From NCBI GenBank assembly GCA_903893485.1, contig CAITMK010000012.1, positions 83,469 through 147,468 of the forward strand: DNA of 64,000 nt, written 5' to 3'. Shown in pieces: positions 1 to 8,292 of the stretch; position 1 is the stretch's first letter; each line of letters begins with the position of its first letter. A program made the position numbers and the translations under genes. The DNA is from Candidatus Magasanikiibacteriota bacterium (lineage in GTDB: Bacteria > Patescibacteriota > Patescibacteriia > Magasanikbacterales > 2-02-FULL-50-9b). The notes beneath the pieces were generated by a model. It did no database searches, had not been told where the DNA came from, and worked only from the letters and a program-made list of their open reading frames with translations.

Positions 1-139
1 CGCGGGGTCGTCACGTCCTTCAGCTGCTGCACCCACACGGGCGCGGCGGTTGAAGGCTTTTTTATTTCTGGCATTTTTTTGGCGCACATGTTAAATTGGC
101 GCCAGTCCAAAGTGGACGACTGAGAGATGGGGAGGGGAA

Positions 140-706
140 ATGAAAACGCTGAAGTGGTTTTTTGTGTTGTGTGTATTTGCACTTGTGGCCGTGGCGTGTG
201 AAAAGCAGGCTGCGTCGCAAACAGCGGGATACAACTGTGACGACTACACGGATCCCAATGAACCTCAGGTGGCAAAGCTGACGGGTAAGCTCGCGGAGCT
301 GCTCGACGAAAGCTATCATGGGACGGTCGTACGTCTCTCGGCCAAAGAGGTCGTTGATCTGCCAACGCCGCAGACGTGCGCGTACAGCAAATTCCAGAAC
401 ATCGGCACGTACAAAGATCCGGATGGCGTTTACCAATTCGCGGTGCTGGACGCCAACGACTGGGTGATTCCGGTGCTCACGTCGGCGGGCGCCATGTATC
501 AGATCTTGGTTCCGGCAAATGACGGCACGCACGATGCCTTTCGTGTTTATGTGCCAAAGATCGAGTTGGTCATGCAGCCAGAAGAAGCTGAGTGGTACAA
601 AAATTGGCGTGAGCCAGGGAGTCCACTCAGCGATATCTCGTTTGACTTTCGGTCCGTCAGCGCGGCGCAGTGCTCGGACTTGCACATTCCGCCGCGGGTG
701 AAGTAG
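140..706 (+). CDS. hypothetical lipoprotein
   Basis: 188-aa ORF. N-terminal signal peptide MKTLKWFFVLCVFALVAVAC with a lipobox-like VAC. No recognisable catalytic motif. Confidence 0.55.
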   Translation: MKTLKWFFVLCVFALVAVACEKQAASQTAGYNCDDYTDPNEPQVAKLTGKLAELLDESYHGTVVRLSAKEVVDLPTPQTCAYSKFQNIGTYKDPDGVYQFAVLDANDWVIPVLTSAGAMYQILVPANDGTHDAFRVYVPKIELVMQPEEAEWYKNWREPGSPLSDISFDFRSVSAAQCSDLHIPPRVK

Positions 707-1014
707 GTCAGGGATTCAAGTCAGGTCAGTTCAAGAGGCGCAAGCTTCGTGGACATGCCCGCCGATCAACCGATCGGGGGGTGTTTTTTTATTTGGAGAT
801 TCGCAGAGTTTTATTTTTATTTAATGCTTTCTCTGGTTTGTTGAGGAGCATCCGCAGGCGAGCCAGCACGGTTTTTTGGCGATGCCAAAAATGGCTCGCC
901 GAGGTCGAGCGCAAAAGTGCGCTGGCACTTTTGACGCGTCTCCGAGACAAGCTAGAGAAAGCATTGCATTTAATAATAAAATTCGCTAAAGTACATCTAC
1001 TAACTTCAGCTGAT

Positions 1015-4000
1015 ATGTCAGAAATGCCAAAGGCCTACGAGCCACAACAATTTGAAGATTCAATTTACGCCCGCTGGGAAGAATCCGGCGCGTTTATTCC
1101 AGAAAATTTGCCTGATTTTGCAACGCGCAAACCGTACACCATTATGCTGCCGCCGCCAAACGCAACGGGCACACTGCATGTGGGGCATTCAACCATGTTG
1201 GCCGTGCAAGACGCGCTGATTCGGTTTAATCGCATGAATGGCAAGCGCGCACTGTGGCTTCCGGGTACGGACCACGCGGCTTTGGCGACTCAAAATAAAG
1301 TTGAAAAAGATTTATTTAAAAACGAAAAAATAACGCGTCATGATTTAGGTCGCGAAGAATTGCTGAAGCGTATTGATGTGTTCGTAGAAAAAAATCGTGA
1401 CCGCATGACATTTCAAATGCGCAAAATGGGTTCGTCTCTCGATTGGTCGCGTGAAGCATTTACACTCGATGAGCCTCGTTCACGCGCGGTGCGTTTGGTG
1501 TTCAAACAAATGTTTGATGATAAATTAATTTATCGTGGCAATCGCGTGATTAACTGGTGTTCACGCTGCGCCTCAACGTTGTCGGATGACGAGCTCGGAA
1601 CCAAAACGCGCAAAGCAGTTTTGTATTCTTTCAAGTACGCCAAAGATTTTCCAATCACGATTGCATCAACGCAGCCAGAAACCAAATTGGGTGATACTGG
1701 TGTTGCGGTGTATCCGGGCGACGCACGCTACGAAGCACTTGTTGGAAAAACAATTGATGTGGATTTCGGCGGGCAGGGTGGATCGAAATTAAAAATTCAG
1801 ATCATTGCAGATCACGGTGTTGAAAAAGATTTTGGCACGGGCGCGCTTGGTGTAACACCGGCGCACAGCATGGTGGATTACGCACTCGCGATGAATCATA
1901 ATTTGCCACTTGTACAAATTATTGGCGAGGACGGCCTTATGACAGCTGCTGCTGGCAGCGCATACGAAGGACTCACGATTGCAGAGGCTCGTGAGAAAGT
2001 GGTGGCATGGCTGCGCGCAGAAAACTTAATTGAAAAAGAAGAAGAGATTGAACAAAATGTTCCAATCTGTGAACGATGCGAAACAGAAATAACACCGCTG
2101 CCAAAATTGCAGTGGTTTGTAAGCGTGGAAAACAAATTTGCATTTCGCGAATCAACGCGTGCGCCAGTTGCAGGCATTGCTGCAGGCTCACAAATCTCGC
2201 TCAAGGATTCAATGCGCCACGTTGTTGAAACAAAACAAATTAAAATTGTTCCAGAGCGTTTCGAAAAAACATATTTTCATTGGATCAATAATTTGCGCGA
2301 TTGGTGCATCTCTCGTCAGTTGTGGTACGGGCATCGCATTCCTGTGTGGTATTGCGCCGCGCCAAAAACAGAAAAATGTGCCGAAGCAGTTTGTTCCATC
2401 GAAGACATTTCAGTTTGTCAGCATTGTGGCGGCGTTGCAGAACAGGACCCAGATGTTTTGGACACCTGGTTTTCTTCGGGTATGTGGACATTCACCACAC
2501 TCGGTTGGCCATACACGCGTGTAATTTTTGTGCGTCATGGTGAAGCAGAAACAAATGTTGGTGATTTTTTAAATTCCGACGCTACAAAAGAGTATCATCT
2601 TACCGAGACTGGCCGCGCGCAAGTCGTGGCAACCGCAGAAAAATTAAAATTACAACACGTTGATGCAATTTTTGCATCGCCACTTTTGCGCACACAAGAA
2701 ACTGCAAAAATAATTTCTGATGCACTCGGATTGCCCGTAACCACCGAAGAATGTATTCGTGAAGCAGGGATGGGCGAGTTTGAAGGAAAGCTTACTGCAG
2801 AATTTGAGGCAATCATGGGCGATCGCGGTAATCCAGCAAACTGGATGCATTCGTCGCCAGGTGGCGCAGAAACATTTCAGGCGATTCGCGAAAGAACGCA
2901 TGGATTTTTAGATGAACTTATTAAAACACATACGGGTAAAACTATTGTGGTTGTTTCACATGGTGATCCAATCTGGGCAGCAGCATCGTTTGGAAAAAGT
3001 GGGGTGCTTTGGGATTCTGAGTATCCACAACGAGGTAGTTTTTACGTTCGTGAATTTGATACAACCGGTTCGCAAGTTGGCGACCTCAACACGTATCACC
3101 CAACCGATGTATTGGAAACTGGCTACGATATTATTTTTCAATGGGTTGCGCGCATGATTTTAATGTCCACGTACGCGCTTGGCGAGGTGCCATTCAAAAA
3201 CGTATATTTGCACGGCATGGTGCGTGACGAACAGGGCCGCAAAATGTCCAAGTCGCTTGGCAATGTGTTGGATCCGCTCGATGTGATTCCAAAATATGGC
3301 ACCGACGCAGTGCGCCTCGCGCTGCTCATCGGCCAGACGCCAGGCAACGACTTAAAAGTTTCCGAAGAAAAAATTGCAGGTTTCCGTAATTTCACCAACA
3401 AGCTGTGGAATATTTCGCGATTTATTTTGTCACAAGATGCAGCGTCACATTTGGTTTTGCGCGCCGACATCGACGACGAGTTGCTCACCACCATGGACAA
3501 GTGGATTTTGTCGCGCTTAGCTGGCGTTACCAAAACGGTTACCGAATCACTGCAAACATTTGCATTTTCGCGCGCCGGCGAAGCACTGCGCGATTTCACG
3601 TGGAATGAATTGGCAGATTGGTATTTGGAAGGCGCCAAAGTTGAGGGCGAAAAAGCAGAAATTTTGCAATACATTTTGCAGAATTTGCTGAAGCTGTGGC
3701 ATCCATACATGCCGTTTGTAACCGAAGCAATTTGGCAAAGCGCGTATGCATCTGGCGAAAAGGATTTTCTGATGATTGCAAAATGGCCAGACGAAACTAG
3801 CATGCCGTTGTACCCAGAAGCAGAAAAAGATTTTGCGCACGTACAAAATGTGATCGTGGCAATTCGTGCGCTGCGCACTGAGTACAAAATTGATGCAAAA
3901 GAAATAGTGCCCGTAACGATTATTACCAAATACAAAAGCACGCTTGCACAAATGCAACCAGTGATCGAACGCCTTGCGCGCGCTACATTATTATTCGCCG

Positions 4001-4269
4001 ATGCGGCACCAGCCGGCCAGCTTGCAACCGTGATTGAAGAGGGAACAATTACGATTCCAAAACCTGAGGCTGCAAATAACTCAGACGAACGCGGCGCGCT
4101 GGAAGCGGAAAAAGAAAATGTTGCACAATACATCGCAACGCTCGCAGCAAAATTAGCCAATGAAGATTTCTTGGCACGGGCGCCAGCGGCGGTGGTTGAA
4201 AAGGAGCAGGGCAAGTTACGCGAAGCGCGGGAAAAGCTGGCTGCGATTGAAGATCGGCTTGGCGCATAA
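1015..4269 (+). CDS. valS: valyl-tRNA synthetase carrying an internal histidine-phosphatase domain insertion
   Basis: Class I aaRS motifs: PPPNATGTLHVGHS (HIGH) and KMSKSLGNV (KMSKS). ValRS-type core with CP1 editing region, WCISRQLWYGHRIPVWYC, and a C-terminal coiled coil. Start chosen at the ATG at 1015 (MSEMPKAYEPQQFEDSIYARWEE...); the ORF is open from 670 but the upstream part looks non-coding. An in-frame insert of about 195 aa lies between the conserved ...DTWFSSGMWTFTTLGWP and YHPTDVLETGYDIIFQWVARMI blocks. Confidence 0.9.
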   Translation: MSEMPKAYEPQQFEDSIYARWEESGAFIPENLPDFATRKPYTIMLPPPNATGTLHVGHSTMLAVQDALIRFNRMNGKRALWLPGTDHAALATQNKVEKDLFKNEKITRHDLGREELLKRIDVFVEKNRDRMTFQMRKMGSSLDWSREAFTLDEPRSRAVRLVFKQMFDDKLIYRGNRVINWCSRCASTLSDDELGTKTRKAVLYSFKYAKDFPITIASTQPETKLGDTGVAVYPGDARYEALVGKTIDVDFGGQGGSKLKIQIIADHGVEKDFGTGALGVTPAHSMVDYALAMNHNLPLVQIIGEDGLMTAAAGSAYEGLTIAEAREKVVAWLRAENLIEKEEEIEQNVPICERCETEITPLPKLQWFVSVENKFAFRESTRAPVAGIAAGSQISLKDSMRHVVETKQIKIVPERFEKTYFHWINNLRDWCISRQLWYGHRIPVWYCAAPKTEKCAEAVCSIEDISVCQHCGGVAEQDPDVLDTWFSSGMWTFTTLGWPYTRVIFVRHGEAETNVGDFLNSDATKEYHLTETGRAQVVATAEKLKLQHVDAIFASPLLRTQETAKIISDALGLPVTTEECIREAGMGEFEGKLTAEFEAIMGDRGNPANWMHSSPGGAETFQAIRERTHGFLDELIKTHTGKTIVVVSHGDPIWAAASFGKSGVLWDSEYPQRGSFYVREFDTTGSQVGDLNTYHPTDVLETGYDIIFQWVARMILMSTYALGEVPFKNVYLHGMVRDEQGRKMSKSLGNVLDPLDVIPKYGTDAVRLALLIGQTPGNDLKVSEEKIAGFRNFTNKLWNISRFILSQDAASHLVLRADIDDELLTTMDKWILSRLAGVTKTVTESLQTFAFSRAGEALRDFTWNELADWYLEGAKVEGEKAEILQYILQNLLKLWHPYMPFVTEAIWQSAYASGEKDFLMIAKWPDETSMPLYPEAEKDFAHVQNVIVAIRALRTEYKIDAKEIVPVTIITKYKSTLAQMQPVIERLARATLLFADAAPAGQLATVIEEGTITIPKPEAANNSDERGALEAEKENVAQYIATLAAKLANEDFLARAPAAVVEKEQGKLREAREKLAAIEDRLGA
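2512..3093 (+). other. inserted histidine phosphatase (PGAM/SixA/CobC-like) domain inside valS
   Basis: Insert sequence YTRVIFVRHGEAETN...SPLLRTQETA...GEFEG...VVVSHGDPIW. It carries the RHG catalytic-His motif, the SPL-x-R-x-x-TA motif and the distal SHG His motif typical of histidine phosphatase branch 1. It is flanked in frame by conserved ValRS Rossmann-fold blocks. Confidence 0.75.
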
Positions 4270-4296
4270 GCGGCATTGACTTTTTACCAAAAATCC

Positions 4297-4326
4297 CGTA
4301 GGGTGGCTGAAGCGCCACCCTTTTTG
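4297..4326 (+). terminator. rho-independent terminator after valS
   Basis: Stem gggtggc / gccaccc with a short loop, followed by ttttt. Confidence 0.6.
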
Positions 4327-4332
4327 GCGTAA

Positions 4333-5226
4333 ATGAGGTCTTTGATGAATTTGTATATTCGCTTTGACAGTGCATCGTCGGGCGCTTTTACCAATCTGCA
4401 CATCCTCGGCGGGGCTGAGGCCACCGTCAATGGCGAGCCGTTCGATGCCATGAATGAAACGCATCTCATGGAGGCGCTGAAGCTTGTGAAACTGCCGCGC
4501 AACGTGCGGCGCGGCCTTCTGAAAGTCGGGTTTTTCAAGCCCGATGAGCCGCATCTTGGAGATCCGAATGATCGCGTGATCGACTTCACGCACGCGATCG
4601 GGACTCCCGAAGGTGATTTCGAACCACTTGCGCCGCACACGGTGCGGGCACGCACGACGGCCAACATCGCCGTGGTGCGCAATCCCCGCAAGGGATCGAT
4701 GCAGTTCGCGGCGCGTGCCTCGGATTCCTGGATTGGCGTTTTGCGCGTTTACGCGCTTGGTCGCATCCAGCCGGTGGCCATGTTTTTCATCCATTTGGGT
4801 CGCGGCTGCGTGCTGCCACGGCAGGGCGGCAAGAGCGTCTTCGAGACCATCAAACAGTGGTGCCTCGATCAGGAGTTGGGCATCGTGCGGTCGGAGCTGA
4901 CGATTTCGGGTGGCATTGGCCCGTGCTGCTACCGGTTTGAGGACGCCACCAAGCTGAAGGGAGAAGTTTTCGCGCGTTACGGCGAAACGGGCGAGCGGAT
5001 CATCGGCAAATCCGGCGACGACCCCCGCGACTCGTTCGACATGCACGGCTTGATCCGCGAGGAGTTCGAAGGTGTGTTTGGGAAGATCCCTGAGCATCTC
5101 ATTCAGGTGTTCCAGGAACCGACCTTCTGCTGTGCGTGCCATCCTGCGGAGGGCAGCGATTTTGCGCTGAACTCCCAGGTGCGCTCGAAAAAAACGCGCC
5201 GCGACCTGTACCTCGTGGAAGTGTAA
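4333..5226 (+). CDS. hypothetical protein, possibly divergent YfiH/PgeF (DUF152) laccase-domain family
   Basis: 297-aa ORF in a GC-rich block. Motifs FFIHLGRGC and GGIGPCCYRFED resemble the YfiH HAGWRG and GPxIGPCCYEV blocks. The overlapping minus-strand ORF 4216..5142 is R-rich and looks antisense. Confidence 0.45.
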   Translation: MRSLMNLYIRFDSASSGAFTNLHILGGAEATVNGEPFDAMNETHLMEALKLVKLPRNVRRGLLKVGFFKPDEPHLGDPNDRVIDFTHAIGTPEGDFEPLAPHTVRARTTANIAVVRNPRKGSMQFAARASDSWIGVLRVYALGRIQPVAMFFIHLGRGCVLPRQGGKSVFETIKQWCLDQELGIVRSELTISGGIGPCCYRFEDATKLKGEVFARYGETGERIIGKSGDDPRDSFDMHGLIREEFEGVFGKIPEHLIQVFQEPTFCCACHPAEGSDFALNSQVRSKKTRRDLYLVEV

Positions 5227-5245
5227 CCACCGCCGCTACAACTCT

Positions 5246-5297
5246 GACCGCTCACGTTCTATTCGGAATGCGTGAGCGGTCGGGGTTCTTTTTTTTT
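5246..5297 (+). terminator. terminator-like hairpin plus T9 run
   Basis: 11-bp perfect stem gaccgctcacg / cgtgagcggtc (5246-5256 / 5271-5281) followed by ggggttc and ttttttttt. Confidence 0.5.
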
Positions 5298-5314
5298 GCC
5301 GCAGGCGCAAAAAT

Positions 5315-5356
5315 AAAAATCCACCTGGAGCCCGCGCGGATGCGTGGGGCAGGTGG
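5315..5356 (-). terminator. minus-strand terminator hairpin, repeat copy 1
   Basis: aaaaat-CCACCTG-gagcccgcgcggatgcgtgggg-CAGGTGG. On the minus strand the hairpin is followed by a T-run. It lies immediately downstream of the stop of gene 5385..5864(-). Confidence 0.6.
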
Positions 5357-5384
5357 GGCGTGTAGCAGGCGGCGTGGCGCCGGC

Positions 5385-5864
5385 CTATTCGGGGTTGGTG
5401 TCCAGGAAGGCGCTAAACAGCTCGAAGAGTGCAGTGAACACATCTGTCGGGTTGATCAGCAATCCGTTCTGGCCGATGTGTCGCTTCATCCACGACCGCA
5501 AGGAGCGCGGCGGCTCAAGCGACGAGATCATGAAGCGCATGATTGACCATTGCGCATCATCACTACATTCCAGCATGAGCGAATTCGCCATTTCGGGCTC
5601 GTCGCGCTTCATCCAGGTGAATGACACGCAGAAGCCGCAGTAGATCGTCGCGCGACGGTGGATCGAAATGCTGTGTCTGCACGCGTAACCGTGCTTCACG
5701 AGTGAAAAAATCGAGGCGTGTGGATCCTCGCTGTTTTTCCAGTCAGCATCCGGCCAAAGGCGCAATTGTTTCAGGGCATCCTCGAGCGTTTTTTGGGCGC
5801 GCAAGGTTTTTTCCGTCAGCGCAAATTGCTGCGGAGACGGGATGGTATGGGTCGTTGTGCTCAT
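5385..5864 (-). CDS. hypothetical protein (GC-rich cassette)
   Basis: Start set at MSTTTHTIPS, preceded by GGAGGAACC immediately 5' of the ATG on the minus strand. About 160 aa, Cys/His-containing, no recognised family. Confidence 0.5.
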   Translation of the reverse strand: MSTTTHTIPSPQQFALTEKTLRAQKTLEDALKQLRLWPDADWKNSEDPHASIFSLVKHGYACRHSISIHRRATIYCGFCVSFTWMKRDEPEMANSLMLECSDDAQWSIMRFMISSLEPPRSLRSWMKRHIGQNGLLINPTDVFTALFELFSAFLDTNPE

Positions 5865-5959
5865 GGGTTCCTCCGGGTTGAGAGCTTGGTAATAAGCTAC
5901 CATAATTTTCGATATTTGTCAAGCATCTTAGAGTGTTGCTTGGACGATTGAATTGATAA

Positions 5960-6001
5960 AAAAATCCACCTGGAGCCTACGCGGATGCGTGGGGCAGGTG
6001 G
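5960..6001 (-). terminator. minus-strand terminator hairpin, repeat copy 2
   Basis: aaaaat-CCACCTG-gagcctacgcggatgcgtgggg-CAGGTGG. 40 of 42 positions are identical to 5315-5356. Immediately downstream of the stop of gene 6022..6696(-). Confidence 0.6.
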
Positions 6002-6021
6002 TGAGCGATAAGCGTCTTCGA

Positions 6022-6696
6022 CTAGGTGTTCAACTTGTCGAAAAGCTGTTGCAGATGCTGGCCGTGATTGTGCTCGACGAACGTCGTCCAATTCTTGAGG
6101 CGATCGACATTGCCGAGCGCGTAGTAATGGTTCGAACGAGTGAACACGGCATCTCCGTCTGTTTTGGTATTGCAGTGACCGAGGTGTGTTAAGCTCACGA
6201 TGTGTTCCATTGAGAGTTTAAACCGTCGAATTCTCGATAGTTCGCTGTTTGGATCGACCATTTCCGCGCTGCCATCTTCGTCAATCCTCAGCTGGCCGCA
6301 ACGAGGCTCCTCGGCAACGTGCAGCTTCAAGCTCCAGGGCGCGGCCTTGGGTAGTTCATAGGCCATCAAGATGTGGAGCGAAAGTTCGATCGAGTCCCAC
6401 AAATCACCAACTGAATGATTGCAGCGGATGAACAGTGCCTTGCTTGCAATCGCCGCGTCGAGATCACTCAGCAATTTGCTGAGGTCGGTCGCGCGCTCAC
6501 GATAGCCTTCGAACGAACGATGGTCGTCGAGCGTGTGCCACAGCAGCACTGCATCAAGCACCTTGTCGCCAGTCGTGGCGCCCATGAGCAGCTTGTCGTG
6601 CAAACGCCGCCGCCGCTTGTACTGCCTCACGGCAGCCGAGCTCAGTCGCACTTCAACATTGCGGATCGTATTCAGAGAACGTTGCGTGATTGACAT
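6022..6696 (-). CDS. hypothetical protein (GC-rich cassette)
   Basis: Start set at MSITQRS with GGAGGG upstream. Contains His/Asp-rich stretches (WHTLDDHRS, CNHSVGDLWD, VEHNHGQH) that vaguely recall metal-dependent hydrolases, but no confident family assignment. Confidence 0.45.
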   Translation of the reverse strand: MSITQRSLNTIRNVEVRLSSAAVRQYKRRRRLHDKLLMGATTGDKVLDAVLLWHTLDDHRSFEGYRERATDLSKLLSDLDAAIASKALFIRCNHSVGDLWDSIELSLHILMAYELPKAAPWSLKLHVAEEPRCGQLRIDEDGSAEMVDPNSELSRIRRFKLSMEHIVSLTHLGHCNTKTDGDAVFTRSNHYYALGNVDRLKNWTTFVEHNHGQHLQQLFDKLNT

Positions 6697-6796
6697 TGCT
6701 TGGGCCCTCCATTGGCCTGGGAGCATTTAATCATGAGAGTGTGCGATTGTCAATCCTCCCGCTTTCCGCTATTATGGCTTTATATCGAACGTTTTT

Positions 6797-8005
6797 ATGG
6801 CTCAAATCTCAACCGACAAGAAAAAAATTGCAGAATTGCTGGATCGTGGCGTTGCCGAAGTTATTGTGCGCGAGGATTTGGAAAAGAAATTGGCAAGCGG
6901 CCAGCAGCTGCGCGTGAAATTGGGTATTGATCCAACGTCGCCGAATTTGCATCTGGGTCGCTCGATTCCGCTGCTCAAGTTGCGCGACTTCCAGCAGCTC
7001 GGCCACAAAATTGTTTTTATTGTTGGTGATTTTACGGGCATTATTGGTGACACGTCGGACAAAGACGCGGAGCGCCCGATGCTGACCGAAGAAACGATCG
7101 CGAAAAATTTGGAAACCTACGTGGCGCAGGCCGGCAAAATTATTAATTTGGACGAGGCGGAGATTCATTTTAATTCCGCATGGCTCGGCAAACTCGGCTT
7201 CAAGGAAATCGGCGAGCTCGCAAACATTTTTAGTGTCGCGGAATTTGTGGCGCGCGAAAATATCGCCAAGCGCCTGGACACCGGCAAGCGCGTGAGCCTG
7301 CGCGAAATGCTGTACCCGCTCATGCAGGGGTACGATTCCGTTGCGGTGAAGGCAGACGTTGAGCTCGGCGGCACGGACCAGCGATTTAATGTTTTGGCGG
7401 GCCGCACCATTCAGCCGCACTACGGCCAGGCGGCGCAGAATATTGTTTTGAATCCGCTGATTAACGGGTTGGATGGGCGCAAGATGTCGAGCAGTTGGGG
7501 GAATGCGATTAATTTATTGGATGCGCCGGCGGATATGTACGGCAAAGTGATGTCGTTGCTCGACGAATTGGTTTTGGAATATTTTATGTGCGCGACGCGT
7601 GTGGAGATGGCGGAAATTACTGCGATGCAGGAGCAATTGGCTGGCGGCACAAATCCGCGTGATCTGAAAATGCGTTTGGGTCGCGAATTGGTAACGATGT
7701 ACCATGGTGCGGATGCTGCAGCGGCAGCCGAGGAACATTTTAAAACTGTGCACCAGCAAGGCGGCGTGCCGGAGGATATTCCAGAAATGAAAGTCGATTG
7801 GACGCAGGCGCCACTCGTGGATGTTTTAGTTGAATCAAAATTGTGTTCAAGCAAATCCGACGCCCGCCGCCAGATTACGGAAGGTGGTGTGAAGGTTGAT
7901 GGCGTTGTGGTTGAGGATGTCGGGGCGATGGTTGATTTGAGTGGAAAGAGCGAAGGCGTTTTGGTGCAGAAGGGGAAGAGATGGTTTGTGAAAATAGTGT
8001 CTTGA
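6797..8005 (+). CDS. tyrS: tyrosyl-tRNA synthetase
   Basis: GIDPTSPNLHLGR (HIGH-like), KMSSSWGN (KMSKS-like), C-terminal S4 domain (ARRQITEGGVKVDGVVVED). Confidence 0.85.
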   Translation: MAQISTDKKKIAELLDRGVAEVIVREDLEKKLASGQQLRVKLGIDPTSPNLHLGRSIPLLKLRDFQQLGHKIVFIVGDFTGIIGDTSDKDAERPMLTEETIAKNLETYVAQAGKIINLDEAEIHFNSAWLGKLGFKEIGELANIFSVAEFVARENIAKRLDTGKRVSLREMLYPLMQGYDSVAVKADVELGGTDQRFNVLAGRTIQPHYGQAAQNIVLNPLINGLDGRKMSSSWGNAINLLDAPADMYGKVMSLLDELVLEYFMCATRVEMAEITAMQEQLAGGTNPRDLKMRLGRELVTMYHGADAAAAAEEHFKTVHQQGGVPEDIPEMKVDWTQAPLVDVLVESKLCSSKSDARRQITEGGVKVDGVVVEDVGAMVDLSGKSEGVLVQKGKRWFVKIVS

Positions 8006-8007
8006 AT

Positions 8008-8289
8008 ATGGCCTCCGAAGATTACGATAAAGCAAAACAAATCGTCAAAGATTATACACTTGGAAAAGTCAGTGGAGAAGATAATAAATTACGAGCAGCT
8101 TGCGCCTTGTTAGAATCTGAAACTTTTACTCTGATTGAGAAAGCGATTAGAGATGGGATTGATTCGAATGAATTGCTCGCCAAGTCTAACCAGGTATATT
8201 CCGACAGAATGCGTACATTAACATTTGCGCTTGTCCTGATCGGAGCTATACAAATCATAGTTTCCGTTACCGGATTATTTTTAAAATAG
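8008..8289 (+). CDS. small tail-anchored membrane protein, hypothetical
   Basis: ATG directly after the tyrS stop. Soluble N-terminal part with a C-terminal TM (LTFALVLIGAIQIIVSVTGLFL). About 32% GC. Confidence 0.45.
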   Translation: MASEDYDKAKQIVKDYTLGKVSGEDNKLRAACALLESETFTLIEKAIRDGIDSNELLAKSNQVYSDRMRTLTFALVLIGAIQIIVSVTGLFLK

Positions 8290-8292
8290 AGT

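Noticed and set aside
2512-3093. Idea that the valS insert is an intein or homing endonuclease
   Set aside because: No Cys/Ser at the N-terminal junction, no His-Asn at the C-terminal junction, and no LAGLIDADG/HNH blocks. The insert instead has the RHG...SHG histidine-phosphatase signature.
3138-4214. 358-aa minus-strand ORF inside valS
   Set aside because: Fully embedded antisense of a strongly conserved ValRS region; Ser/Ala-rich and non-protein-like.
4216-5142. 308-aa minus-strand ORF overlapping the 4333..5226 plus ORF
   Set aside because: Arg/His-rich, codon-usage-poor sequence typical of the antisense of a GC-rich gene. The plus ORF has an RBS and YfiH-like motifs.
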